Shown here: positions 10,230 to 21,869 of the stretch, one piece after another
Layout: every line of letters starts with the position of its first letter
How positions within the stretch are numbered: position 1 is the first letter of the stretch
Source of the DNA: Mytilus californianus
Lineage: Eukaryota
NCBI RefSeq assembly: GCF_021869535.1
Contig: NW_026262734.1
Span: 101,680,001-101,744,000, forward strand
Direction: 5' to 3'
Length of the DNA stretch: 64,000 nt
The notes under the pieces: model-generated
Databases searched by the model: none
Told to the model about the DNA's origin: nothing
Seen by the model: the letters and a program-made list of their open reading frames with translations, nothing else
Made by a program: the position numbers and the translations under genes

Positions 10230-12570
10230 AGGACATGATATTTGGTATTAATTGAGAAAGCACACACAGTTGAAGTAATAACTCAGGCAGTCAACGGGGA
10301 TTAACAGAAAAAGTGACATAGACAGATTTAGACGAGATACTCAATGAATGCTTTATCAAGGACTAAGATCTTAGTTGCCTTTATTTAATTGAAAGATAAA
10401 TCACATTTTGAAAAGGAAACATACAAAACAGTTGATGAATTTAGAGTTGAATCAGCAAAGTTAAGCAAGAGCATATCATAGACAAACCCATAAGTGAAAG
10501 GCAAAGTTAAACTAATCTTCAAGAAATCAAAAACAAAAAAGAATGCAAAATCAGAGCCAAATTTGAAAGCAGTTATACTGCAGATTAACACTTGATAAAC
10601 GAAATTAGAGACAATTGCTTCGAGATTCACAGGTGATCTAGGATACTTAGGTGCTCAGGGATACCTAGGTGCTCTGATATATTAAGGCAATTCGGGATAC
10701 ACAGGTGCTTCGGGTTACTCAGGTGTTCTGGGTAAGCAACCATTTTATAGGACGAGGCTTCTGAAGTAGTAATAGAGGACAAGGCAGAGGCAGATGTTTC
10801 ACCTCTACATACAACAAAAAGAACTTGAACCAAACCAACTATTTAAGCAACGACATCTTAATCGTATGTAGGACAATTGCAAGATGTTGCAGGGTAACAC
10901 ACGAAAAAATGGATTTTATTTAAACTATGCGAGGCCGATTACAAAAACGTCCCGACGACCGAAAACAAGCATCAATTTTGCTTTGATAAATAGACTCTCA
11001 CCTGGACGTTTAGGTGCACAAACAGAATCTGAGGCAAGTATACGGGACATCACCATTAAACAATTTTGTACAATGGATCAACCGTTTCAACAATATGTAG
11101 ATCATTTCAATAAAAGTATTTAGACAACATTGAAATTCAGGCTTTAAATACTATATTCATAATTGAATATGCCGCCGGAGGAACAATGCTATCTTATGAT
11201 GGTTTAATAGAAAAATACATCAGCTTAAATAATATAGGAGGACCACATACATGTATTTTACTTATGGTTCCAGATAGTCCTTACAACAACCATGTACCGT
11301 TATTTCTAAGAACAAATATATATATTTCAATAATGGAAACCTGTATATGTGAAAACGAATAAAAAATGTTGCAGGCATCAATATTCGGACTCCGTAGTGT
11401 ACATCATTTAAAAGTATTTAACTTGAAAAAAGGACCTTGTTAGGAACAACCACCGCTTACCTATTTTAAAGTTTGATGAAGATACCAACACAATTCTACC
11501 AAAAACTGCAATGTTATGTATCAAGCTACGTAGATAAAGAACTTCCGTATTTTAATAATCCAGTTATGTTGTTTGTCTTTTGGTCTTTTTTTCTTTTTTT
11601 GCCATTGCGCTGTCAGTTTATTCTTATGAGTTTGAATGTCCCTTTGGTATCTTTCGTCACTCTTTTATGATACATCCAACTAAAGGTTTCATTATACATC
11701 TGATTTAGACTTAACACCCTCACTTATTGAGTATAGATTTCACAAAAATCTTGAGGTCCAGTTGATCTTAGAAATGTAACAACAAAACTTGTGAACGTTC
11801 AGCCACATATATGTACTATGTGAAATAATCATGTATCTTTACAGGACAATACTGAAACAGAAAACTTGAATTAACTCCATTAATTTTGAACTGCTAATTT
11901 AACAACTCTGTATTACTCCGATATAGGACTGCAACTCAGACATGGGTCATTCTATTCTATATTGTTCAACATAAAATAGAATGCTTGTTTGAAATTGTCA
12001 AAGGTAAATGTACCTTCTTCAAACCAAATGTTATATATGTAGGCCACACAGTGTCAGATGAATAAGTAAAACTGACCAAGATAAAAGAGATCAAAATTCA
12101 GAATTGATCAACAACGAAAACGCTAGAGGCAATTAGACAATTTAGTGGTTTTGCAGGATATTACTACAGATTTATTTGAAATTTAAGTCTGATCTTTGAA
12201 CCTCTAATGGACTTAATACCAACACCAGCGTAACATAAAAAGAAAAACCATAATAAACTAATCTTTGACATGGAGAAAACAAACTTGCTGCTGCATTTCG
12301 ACTATTAAAAAGTAAACAAACAAAAATTAAAGACAATTTAAATAACAGCACCGATTTTGTGATATGTTGACTATACATAACCCTTTAAATTATACACAGA
12401 TGATAGCGGTTTCATGATTACCAACAACAAGACGGACAGAGTAGGATTAGAGAAGATGCATGTGAAAGATAATCTAAATTAGAAAAATAACTTTTCGGCA
12501 CACAAACTAGAATTGTTAAAACTTAATTGTTTGGTTTGCGGTAAATTTCAAAGGTACATCTATGAAAATA
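10230..12570 (+). mobile_element. Highly degenerate Gypsy/Ty3 LTR-retrotransposon internal relic (gag C-terminus, protease, RT thumb, RNase H)
   Basis: Broken plus-strand translations: gag-like KDKSHFEKETYKTVDEFRVE, RGQGRGR and a decayed knuckle (VCRTIARCCR); protease-like NGSTVSTICRSF..YLDNIEIQAL..IEYAAGGTMLSYDGLIE (~11085-11215); RT thumb KCTFFKPNVIYVGHTVS...IRQFSGFAGYYYRFI (~12005-12180); RNase H PFKLYTDDSG and FSAHKLELL (~12385-12520). Many stops and frameshifts; the RT core is missing. Confidence 0.75.
10632..10737. repeat. 18-bp minisatellite, about 6 units
   Basis: Units of the form GGTGCTCAGGGATACCTA. The plus strand reads GDLGYL GAQGYL GALIY* GNSGYT GASGYS GVLGKQ; the minus-strand ORF 10627-10833 reads PEHLxx repeats. 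Confidence 0.85.
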
Positions 12571-12983
12571 AGGGGATGTGTTAGGATTGTTAATGAGACA
12601 AATATTTACTTAAAGACAAAGGGTATCAAAACAACAGGTCACAGTACCACATTTGTAAATGAGAGAAAGTCACATTTTAATCATTTCGATTTTTAAATAC
12701 ATTTCTGTAGACATGATTGTGGGAATGATGAAAAGATGATTTTATTTAATTCTATAAATATTTATTAATTTAATCAGTCATATTAACGGAAATAAAACAT
12801 ACCTTTAGTTTTCTGTTCAATATTTTATTGTTGTTGTTAGTCTTTTCTTTATTTTCCTTTTGGTGTTGTCTGTTAATATTCGACACGAGACTTTTGATTG
12901 TCCCCTAAGTATCTCCCTTTTCCTTTTAACATCGAACCTATTTCTTTCTTTGCAGTTAAAGCTTGATATATTCAATTTATATG

Positions 12984-14871
12984 TAGTGTTTCCCCCAAGC
13001 ATGTTTAGCATGGATAGACGCCATGCCCTATTTAAGTGACGCCATACCCTTTTTTTGTCTTAATAAATGACGCCATGCCCTTTTTTCACTTCTTTGGGTG
13101 ACGCCATTGTCTCAAAAAATGCCCTTTCTTCCTGTTTTCATGTTTTTGGCAAGTTTATGACCCTCAGCTAATTAACATTTACAACAGGTGTTATGAAGTT
13201 GTGATTACAGTTAATCTGCTTATCGCCATCGGATGGGTCACTAATCCGTTAATTATAAATAAACCTCATAATTGACCACCATAATAATTTGCCCCAGTAA
13301 AATCAGTCAGTGTGCATTTTAATTTCAATATTTCTCAAGGCCAATGACCACAATTTGCAGTTCATTTGAAAAAAATTGTTTTCCCCCGGACAGTTCGCTT
13401 TTTGATTTCAATATTTCTAAAACGATCACAATTTGCAGTTCGTTTGTCACAGTTTCGTCAAATGATCGTATTTTCGTGATCTTTGGTATAAAACGTTCAA
13501 TTTCAATAAAAAAGATAGAACTTTATTCAAAACGTTCAGAAAAAGTTTTCACGAGTCAAACAAGTGCTTCCTTTACTGTTTACGCTATACTGCGCATGCG
13601 TGAAAGTATTCCTATGAATTTATACTCTAAAATGTAAAATACGAAATTAATTTAGTTTAAAATAAATAGGAGAGACAAATATAGTTCTTACTAAGCACAT
13701 CATATTAACAAAAATGATAATTTACTGCTTTTTTTAAAAACGAACCAATCCGTAGATGAATCCGGATTCATTCTGAATTTATTATCTACTTGTCACTTCC
13801 CGTTTACATTTCATTTGTAAATCGAAAGTAAACGTGATCAATTCTCGATTAATTTACAATTTACAGTTATTAGAATCGTTCCAATAAGAATTTGTACAAA
13901 TCCTTGGTTCCAACTTTATGGGAATGAATTCTAAATATCGATCTAAATATTTTATAAGGATAATGATTATGCAGGGTAATAGTCTTACAAAGTTCTACAA
14001 GTTCATTTATATACTGTGAATCCTGGTTTTAAAAAAGGGGCCCAACTTTTGTTGATCAGAACTGTCCTCTGAACCTAATTGAAGTGAAATTTTGAACTAG
14101 ATTTTCAGATCTTATATCCTAATCTTCATATTTAAGTTCCACATCAGTCAATCATGTAATTACTGCCTAGTAAATTTATGCATTAGTCCTTCAAAGTCTG
14201 ACAAAGATGTATAGCTAGTATTATACATACATCCTTTGTCCCTTGCTGTTACCCGGAATAATGTTGATTTTCATCTTTATTTAAAGATGCATATACAATA
14301 TTATTTTGAAACAATACACTTGCTATCTTGAGTTCTAATAGACTATTTTCATATTACCGACTTTTGACTCCGGATTGTATAATTTGTCGACTGGCTACCT
14401 TGGACATCATGGTACCAAGTCAGGTAAGAGCAAGCTAAGGAAGTAAAACTAAGCGTTCAATCGGTACAATTTTGGGGGGAAATTACCTGCTTAACATTTT
14501 TTTTTCACTACAAAATAATCGGAAAACAATAAACTTTCCCCTCAAATTATACCGATGTTTGATTTTACTTATTTTGGTTGCTCTTACTTGACCGAGTACC
14601 ATAATGTCCAAGGTACCCAGTCGACAAATTATATAATCCGGAGTCAAAAGTCGGTAATATGAAAATAGTCTATTCCATCAACAACTGCCAGTCCATACTT
14701 TACCAATGCAATATGACAATTTATTGCCTTTCTTGTTTTCAGCATACTGTAGGTGCCCTTTTGTTAATTTTTCATACACTGTAGGTGCCCTTTTTATAAA
14801 TTTTTGCGCGCTCTTGATGCCCTTTTTCAATTAAGTTACCATGCCCTTTTTTTGTGATAGGGGAAACACTA
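12984..14871. mobile_element. Non-autonomous TIR DNA transposon (hAT-like termini), ~1.9 kb
   Basis: Perfect 12-bp TIRs TAGTGTTTCCCC (12984-12995) / GGGGAAACACTA (14860-14871). ATATG directly flanks both ends (12979-12983, 14872-14876). Four GACGCCAT motifs lie near the left end and four TGCCCTTT motifs near the right end. No ORF. Confidence 0.8.
14337..14674. mobile_element. Palindromic MITE nested in the 12984-14871 element
   Basis: Arms of ~145 bp; the outer ~75 bp are nearly perfect (AATAGACTATTTTCATATTACCGACTTTTGACTCCGGATT / AATCCGGAGTCAAAAGTCGGTAATATGAAAATAGTCTATT), with a loop of ~45 bp. Confidence 0.9.
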
Positions 14872-15339
14872 ATATGCATGCTTATACATAAATTATGGCA
14901 TTATTCATTTTTCAAGTTGTTTCAAACCGGACTCAAATCAGACACTGATGTCCTTTGCCACCACTTTAGCGTCCGTCATACGTCATGTTGTTTGTTTTAT
15001 ATGTATATGTCTTCTCTGATGACTGGATGATCTATACTGAGACAACGATAGCTTCCCACTGAACCTATTGTGATCACCATATAACGTGTTCACCTATTAG
15101 AGAAAGAAACCCGAAAAAATGTGTGTTAAATACAAACAATGGTTTAGTAGTTGACCGGTATTCAAATATCAAAAATCGATTATTAAGACAAACCAAGGTA
15201 ACAAACACAAACTGAATGAATCTAATGAAGTCGAAAAAAAACAAGGACGTTTCTGTCAACGAATCCACTCAGACAAAATACGACAATCGGGAATAGGACA
15301 CAATCGATAAAATTACAGATAAGACGACCATTTTCGTAT

Positions 15340-15470
15340 TTGAATAACTACGACTGCGAGAACATGTCGATAGTGAGTTGAGATACAGACATATTATATC
15401 GGTCAACCAATTCCTGATTGTGACTTAATATATGTAGTTTCAGTTTCAGTCTTCTTCTTTCTCATAACCG
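15340..15470 (-). mobile_element. Old Penelope-like RT C-terminal fragment
   Basis: Minus strand reads HNQELVDRYNMSVSQLTIDMFS, similar to HHELVDRYGITVSQMISDMF at the end of ORF 22173-23135. Confidence 0.55.
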
Positions 15471-16023
15471 TGTTGGAAGTTTTTGTGTAAACATCATTTT
15501 GTAAATGTCCCTTTTTACAACTACCGTTCCGATTTCACATGTTTCCATAACATCGTAGTTAAGATTATATTTTTGGATGTTTCAATTTGGATAATACGTT
15601 GATGATCGTCTCAAATTTCTGCATTTACTGACAATTTCCAAAGTTGCTCAAAATTCCAAAAAGTAAGGACTTGACCAGCTGAAGACTGATTGTCGACTCA
15701 CTCTGCGACGGAATTTCAATTTAATTCTCTCTGCCTTATATTCTAGTTTCAAGTCCTGACTTTAACATTGTGCATCTGATTCTCTGTCAATGAAAACAAG
15801 GCGACGGATCGTGTGTTGTTAGACTTGTCAAATATGTAAATTCAATTTAAACTGATGCTGAATGGAACCTGAATAGTAGTAGTGATGTCACAAAAGTGCA
15901 AAATGTGACATTTTGTAGCAGCCTTTGTGGTAGCTGCGGAACCGTAGCCCATTGGTCCTTATGATGTTTTTTTGATAATTTGCGGACCATAGAGCTACGG
16001 ATTTTTCCTATTTCAAAATGTTC

Positions 16024-17765
16024 GGAATTGCGACCCAGGTTTAGGTCGCACTTATTTCCAAATTTTTTATTATTTATCACCCTTGCATAGCTTGTCAATA
16101 TATACAGTTCGTTTCGTTAGATATTTTTCTATGATATAACGAACCTACATATGTTTGAATATTCATTTCCTTGACACTATTAATCAATTAACAAAATTGT
16201 ACAATCTTTACCAAGTGTTACATGTCACAGTATGTATAGTGTCCGGCTGGGATTTTTTTCGAGTGATTTGATCGGGTTTTTTCGAGTATGACCACGTTTT
16301 TTTCAAGTGAATATGATCAACAATGTAAACAAACCGACTTCGTTATCATACAAGGTAAGTTAGTATTCATGATAGAAAAATTCATCACCTCTACAATATT
16401 TTGTGTTCTAAAAGTTTAATTTAGATTTACAATGCTTTTATTCCAAAATATAGAATACAGCTATTTCTAAAAAGTACCAATGCAAATGTCAAAAGAAATG
16501 TATATTTGGAATCAATTTATTCTTAGATATACAAACACTTTATAAAAATTCTTGTTATTGCATTGAGAAGGACATTTTTAGAATAAATTAATTTTTATAT
16601 ATCCGTGTTTTTTCGAGAGCAGCCCGGGTTTTTTAAGTGCGGTCCAGGTTTTGAGTGATTAAGCAAAATTTCAACGGCTTAAAATGTTATATGTCGGTGC
16701 GATAACGTTTAAAAACAATTAAAAGGTTCAATTGAGTACTTTTCAAAACACGAAACTAATGATTTGAACAAGTTTGATAATACTGTAGTACGTACATTTT
16801 TGTAACACGTATATTCGTAAAACGCATCGTATATTGGAAAATATAATTGTTTGTTACATCTTATAAATTGCATGGACACTGGCATTGGTATATTTGGATA
16901 GATCAGACATGTCCACGTCCATGTAAATATGGTGTAAATTCAACAAGTCAACGCCCAGGTACACATGTTATATCGATTCAAATTTCGTTTTGTATACGTC
17001 TCCACCTATTTTTATTTTTAACCATTCTGAATCTCGTCGTGACGTCGTAAAAAACAAGAACAGATAACTCTAACAGGAAAACAGGTGTTGGTTTGTTTAC
17101 GTTGTATTTTATTCTATTTTTTGACTATTTGCATTAATACAAAAGGAAATGATAATTCTTCCAAGTAGTTTTAAAATTTCGTGTTAACTATAACACACCC
17201 GCGACGATCGCGGGTCCTTGACTGCATTTAAGTACCTACGCCTTATTTTTAGCCTGGACTTTTAGCATTCGTATTTTCATCTGATAAAGTCATGCTGATT
17301 ACAAGGTGCACAGTTTTCTCTGCTTTCAAAACCTTTATGTTTGAACCAGTCCTAGCTTTCTTACTACAACCTCTCTGGAAAATGCGTACCGATCCAGTGT
17401 GTTAAATGTCATCCTTTACACCATAACCCATGGTGGTGCTCCTCTTAAAGGAGGGAGATACAGAATATACTTACATACAACCGGAAACTTTATGTGACAT
17501 ATATTATTGGTATCAGTATCGGATTCGAGTTATCTTTTCTTTTGATTTGAATGATATCGAGACAAGATTAGAAATGGTTGAACAAAATAGACGGAGACAT
17601 ATACAAAAGGAAATATTTAGTTAATAGTGTCAAGGAAATGAATATTAAAACATAAATAGGTACGTCTTATCATAAAACGGACTGTATACATTGACAAGCT
17701 ATGCAAGGGTGAAGAATAATAAAAATTTTGGAAATTAGTGCGACCTGAACCTGGGTCGGTATTCC
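16024..17765. repeat. Inverted repeat pair (16024-16183 / 17621-17765) enclosing ~1.4 kb; possible long-TIR element
   Basis: GGAATTGCGACCCAGGTTTAGGTCGCACTTATTTCCAAATTTTTTATTATT...CCTTGCATAGCTTGTCAAT...ATTCATTTCCTTGACACTATTAA is matched in reverse by 17621-17765 with one ~15-nt indel. GGTTTTTTTCGAG subrepeats lie inside at 16250-16330 and 16600-16660. Confidence 0.85.
17197..17224 (+). mobile_element. Helitron-like 3' terminal hairpin
   Basis: Perfect 8-bp stem ACCCGCGA-CGA-TCGCGGGT followed by CCTTGACTG, where Helitrons usually end in CTRR about 10 nt after the hairpin. The terminus is imperfect and no 5' end was identified. Confidence 0.45.
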
Positions 17766-18117
17766 TCACAAAATATGAACAGCAAAACTGCTCCATCTAC
17801 TTTATGTCTTATTGACAGTATGATGAAACTGCGAAAAACAATGTTTGCTATGTACTTTCAAAATATTCAGTTGATTGGATATCAATATACTATAATAAAT
17901 AAATACATTAATAAAAGTCAATTAAAATCGTGTTCAAAATCTAATACTCCAATTTTGAATGTTATGTTGTCTGAGATTGATCAATAATTTGCTCCTAGAT
18001 TTGATGCATCTTGAGGGCTTGTTGGATATTATTAGCAAGTACATGCTATATAAATTTCGTTGCAATAACGTTCTTTCATAATAATATCAAAACTAGTGTT
18101 TTTAGTAAACATGTTGA
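17764..18117 (+). repeat. Direct repeat copy 1 (~354 bp; partner 19278-19631)
   Basis: CCTCACAAAATATGAACAGCAAAACTGCTCC...AGTAAACATGTTGA is repeated 1514 bp downstream at above 90% identity by eye. Confidence 0.95.
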
Positions 18118-19277
18118 CTTTTTCCTTTTTTTATCTAAACATATCGGCCCAAATCTTTTGATTTCTAAAGGACTTGCATTAATGAACATTCGCCGTTATT
18201 TGCTGAAAACGTGGTATATATGACAATAATAGTGCCACATAGGTTCTGATGGTAAATCATAGATATATATTTTCTTCTCAAAAAACAATCACTAGACGTT
18301 AGAATCAATATAAGAAAGACTATGGTTTGTTGTGGTGTGTGGACGCTGTAGAATGTGCCCCCGTGCTTGTGGTGTATGCCCATATATTTTACAGTTATGA
18401 GTTTTTGCATGTGATAGATCCACTTCATTTGAACTTTGGTGGATATTTGTATCAGTAGCAATCATACCACATTTTCTTATTTTAATATATGTCCATTGAT
18501 TTCAAATCAGATTAATATCCACCAGAGTGCAAATGACGTGCATGTACGGAACTATTGGTCACCGTATGGACTAAAAAATAGAGAAAAAAAAACAGCCAGC
18601 ATGACAAAATATACGATTTAAATGAGAATAACAAGGAGCTGATTTATGACAAAACAATTAACGATAAATATGAAAACAGCAGGCATGAACAGAATTGTAA
18701 AACTGAACTGCGCAATAGGCAATGTTTTGCTCTGACAGGTTTATTTGTATTTTATGTCGTTAAAAATAGAACATTCTTAATTCTATCAGACTTAATATGC
18801 GTAGTCATTTGGAAACCCTTCATACAGAATCATTATAAATGAATGCGGACAGTCGACCTCTTATATCTTTAGAAAGGATCAAAATAAGTAATCAAAATCA
18901 CACCATGATGTTATTGATGTCAAGATAAAATGAATCCTCAAACTATATAGTTTCTATTTACTGTACTTTTTTAAAAATGTTTGGCTGCTTCTATAGATAC
19001 CATATACTTAAATGCTAGCTGTTTATAATGTGCAAAGAATTAAAATATGAATATAACTGACGAGTCAGAAAATACATGGACCAAAATGAATTGAAAGAAA
19101 CAAGATTTCTTGAATATACACACAGAAGCAGATGATCAGTGAGTATCTAGAGATATTAAAAACACCTTTTGCTCGGAATCATTTTTCATAGTTGTCAAAT
19201 CACAAAAATACGAAGTCATGCTGAACTCCCCTTTATCTGGTTACGAGCTTTGCATGGCATGCCTGCTCTCGGTTACG

Positions 19278-19631
19278 CCTCACAAAATATGAACAGCAAA
19301 ACTGCTCCATCTACTTTATGTCTTGTTGACAGTATGATTAAACTGCGAAAAACAATGTTTGCTATGTAATTTCAAAATATTCAGTTGATTGGATATCAAT
19401 ATACTATAATAAACAAATACATTAATAAAAGTCAATTAAAATCGTGTTCAAAATCTAATACTCCAATTTTGAATGTTATGTTGTCTGAGGTTGATCAATA
19501 ATTTGCTCCTAGATTTGATGCATTTTGAAGGTCTTGTAGGATTTTATTAGCAAGTACATGCTATATAAATTTCGTTGTAATAACTGTCTTTCATAATAAT
19601 ATCAAAACTAGTGTTTTAGTAAACATGTTGA
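19278..19631 (+). repeat. Direct repeat copy 2 (partner 17764-18117)
   Basis: Same sequence as 17764-18117; the ORF track shows the shared peptide MNSKTAPSTLCL(I/V)DSM in both copies. Confidence 0.95.
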
Positions 19632-21109
19632 AACGCTGATCTAATTATGACAACAGCCAATGCGATGCATCAACAGATAATAATTGTCACAAGCAACAAC
19701 ACGGGTGTCATTAGTAAAGCAAGAGCTGCACATCAATAAAACAACTTTAAGTTTGGTGTTATGTGAACTGTTTGTGTATCTATTGTGTTGACTGTTTTAC
19801 TTACACTTTTTGTATTGTCACATTTGTCACGTCACATTTGCAATATGAACAGATTCGGTCTCCCATCTAAACATAAAACAATGAAATAAGATAATTCGCT
19901 TTACCTTAAGCAACATGAAATTTTTTGTTTACATTGTCCAAAAATGTAAACAATAATTATTTCTTGAAATGATTTGGCTATTATTTTTAGGTCCGTTTTG
20001 GTACCAGTCTTGTTTTACGATTCCAGTTTTCGATGAATCAAAACATAGGGTGAAATGAAATAGCCCATTTCTCAGAATTTATTTTTTTATTTCTTAGCTC
20101 AATGTTTTGTGTTTCATTAAATGTTTATGCTGAATTGAAACATCTATCTGGATGTAAAAATAATGTTGATTTTTTTAAGGACATCGACTCAAAGAAAGGG
20201 GAAGGATATTATGTTTACTGAATGTGATGCGTACTAGTAAAACAGTAAACAGAAAGTAAAAAAAATTAGCTTTAACTTCAAGGTTTCATAACTTTTTATT
20301 CTTCGTGCTATGAGGCCCCCCCCCCCCCTTTCCCCAATTCAATTCCATTTTCACATTACTACATACATGATATGTACATTGCAAAATTGGTCTATGTAGT
20401 ATTTTATTTTAAGGTTATTTTAAAGATCAGCTGTTTTGCATGTAAGCCTATGGAGCAACCAATTACAAGACTGCAACCTTTTTGTCATGTTTAATACATC
20501 CCTAAATTACCAGGTACCTGTGTCAGCATTACTTCAAAGTCTTTCGAAGAAAAAATAATTATTGTTCAGTGACATTTTGTTAGCATTCCATGTACACAAA
20601 GGAAACTTATTTGTCACAGTCTTACGGTAATCTTACCAAAACCGTTTTTTAAAAATAGAAAGAGCAGGTAAAATACCTTGATGTGAAATACGTCACAATA
20701 TCAGATATATAAAGGTAAGGAAATGTGGTAAAATGGCCAATGAAACAACTATCCACTAAACTAGCTTCAAATGAAGTGGCTGTAAGCAATTATACGCAAA
20801 CGTACGACCTTCAACAATGAGAAAACCCATACCTTATAGTCGGCTAATAACGAGCCTACATGAAAATTTGATACATGTAAATTTTTTTTTAAAAGAAATT
20901 ACAAAAGTAACATTGTAGCAGTTACATACAAGTTAATTGAGTAAAAACATGAAAGAACGGAGGGCCATGTGAACTTTTTCATCAACTAACGTAAGTGGTC
21001 CGTCGTCGTTCATTAACGTTGTTTTAAAAAAAATCTCTAAAACTACTGGGCCTATTTTAACCACACTGATTGCAATCATTCAAAGGTTTATCTTTATTGA
21101 CATTTTTTC

Positions 21110-21362
21110 CAATTTTGTCTATTTGTTTTCCTCACACATTGTTGTCAATAAACATGTAATGGAATTCTATGCGACTGTCATACAAGTGAGAGGTTTAGCT
21201 AGCTAACAAGGTTTACTCCACCATTTTCTACATAAAGAAATGTGTGTTCCAAGTCAGGAATATGACAGTTGTTTTCCATTCGTTTGATGTATTTGAGCTT
21301 TTGATTTTGCCATTTGAGAAGGACTTTCCGTTTTGAATTTTCCTTGGAGTTCGGTATTTTTC
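21110..21362 (+). mobile_element. High-copy dispersed repeat (CCAAGTCAGGAATATGACAGTTG family)
   Basis: Inverted copies at ~39165-39335, ~54135-54325, ~56515-56760 and ~58560-58650. Confidence 0.8.
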
Positions 21363-21869
21363 TGATTAAAGATTAAAGCTAATGTGTCCGATGATCCCAC
21401 CTGCTAACCAACATGTTCACTAAGGCTATAAATAGAACACGGGGTAAAACGCAAGTATTGTCCATTATATCTAAAACCGTTCTAGACAGAGACGACTTGA
21501 CTACGACAAAAATATTCAGAATGTTAAAATCTACCTACCATCTATGTTGATCAAGATTTATAGGAGGTATTGTCTTTAAAAAACAGTGTTAAACATTTTT
21601 TTCTAAGTAGACGAAGACACTGTTTACGTTGAAATTGATCATCATGGAAATATCATTAAAACGATCAACATGACTGAAATCGTCAGTCGACTCATTATAT
21701 GGGTTTCTCCTCTTGAAAGTTCAATTTACGATTTTTTTGTTTTTTTGTTGGGAGCTTTAGTCGAAAGCGTAAAAAGGTAATAACAAACATGATCCTCAGG
21801 GCAAGGTCTATAGATACAATATATATAGGTCAATATTTCGGTATGGCAAGTGACTTTTATAGATATAAG

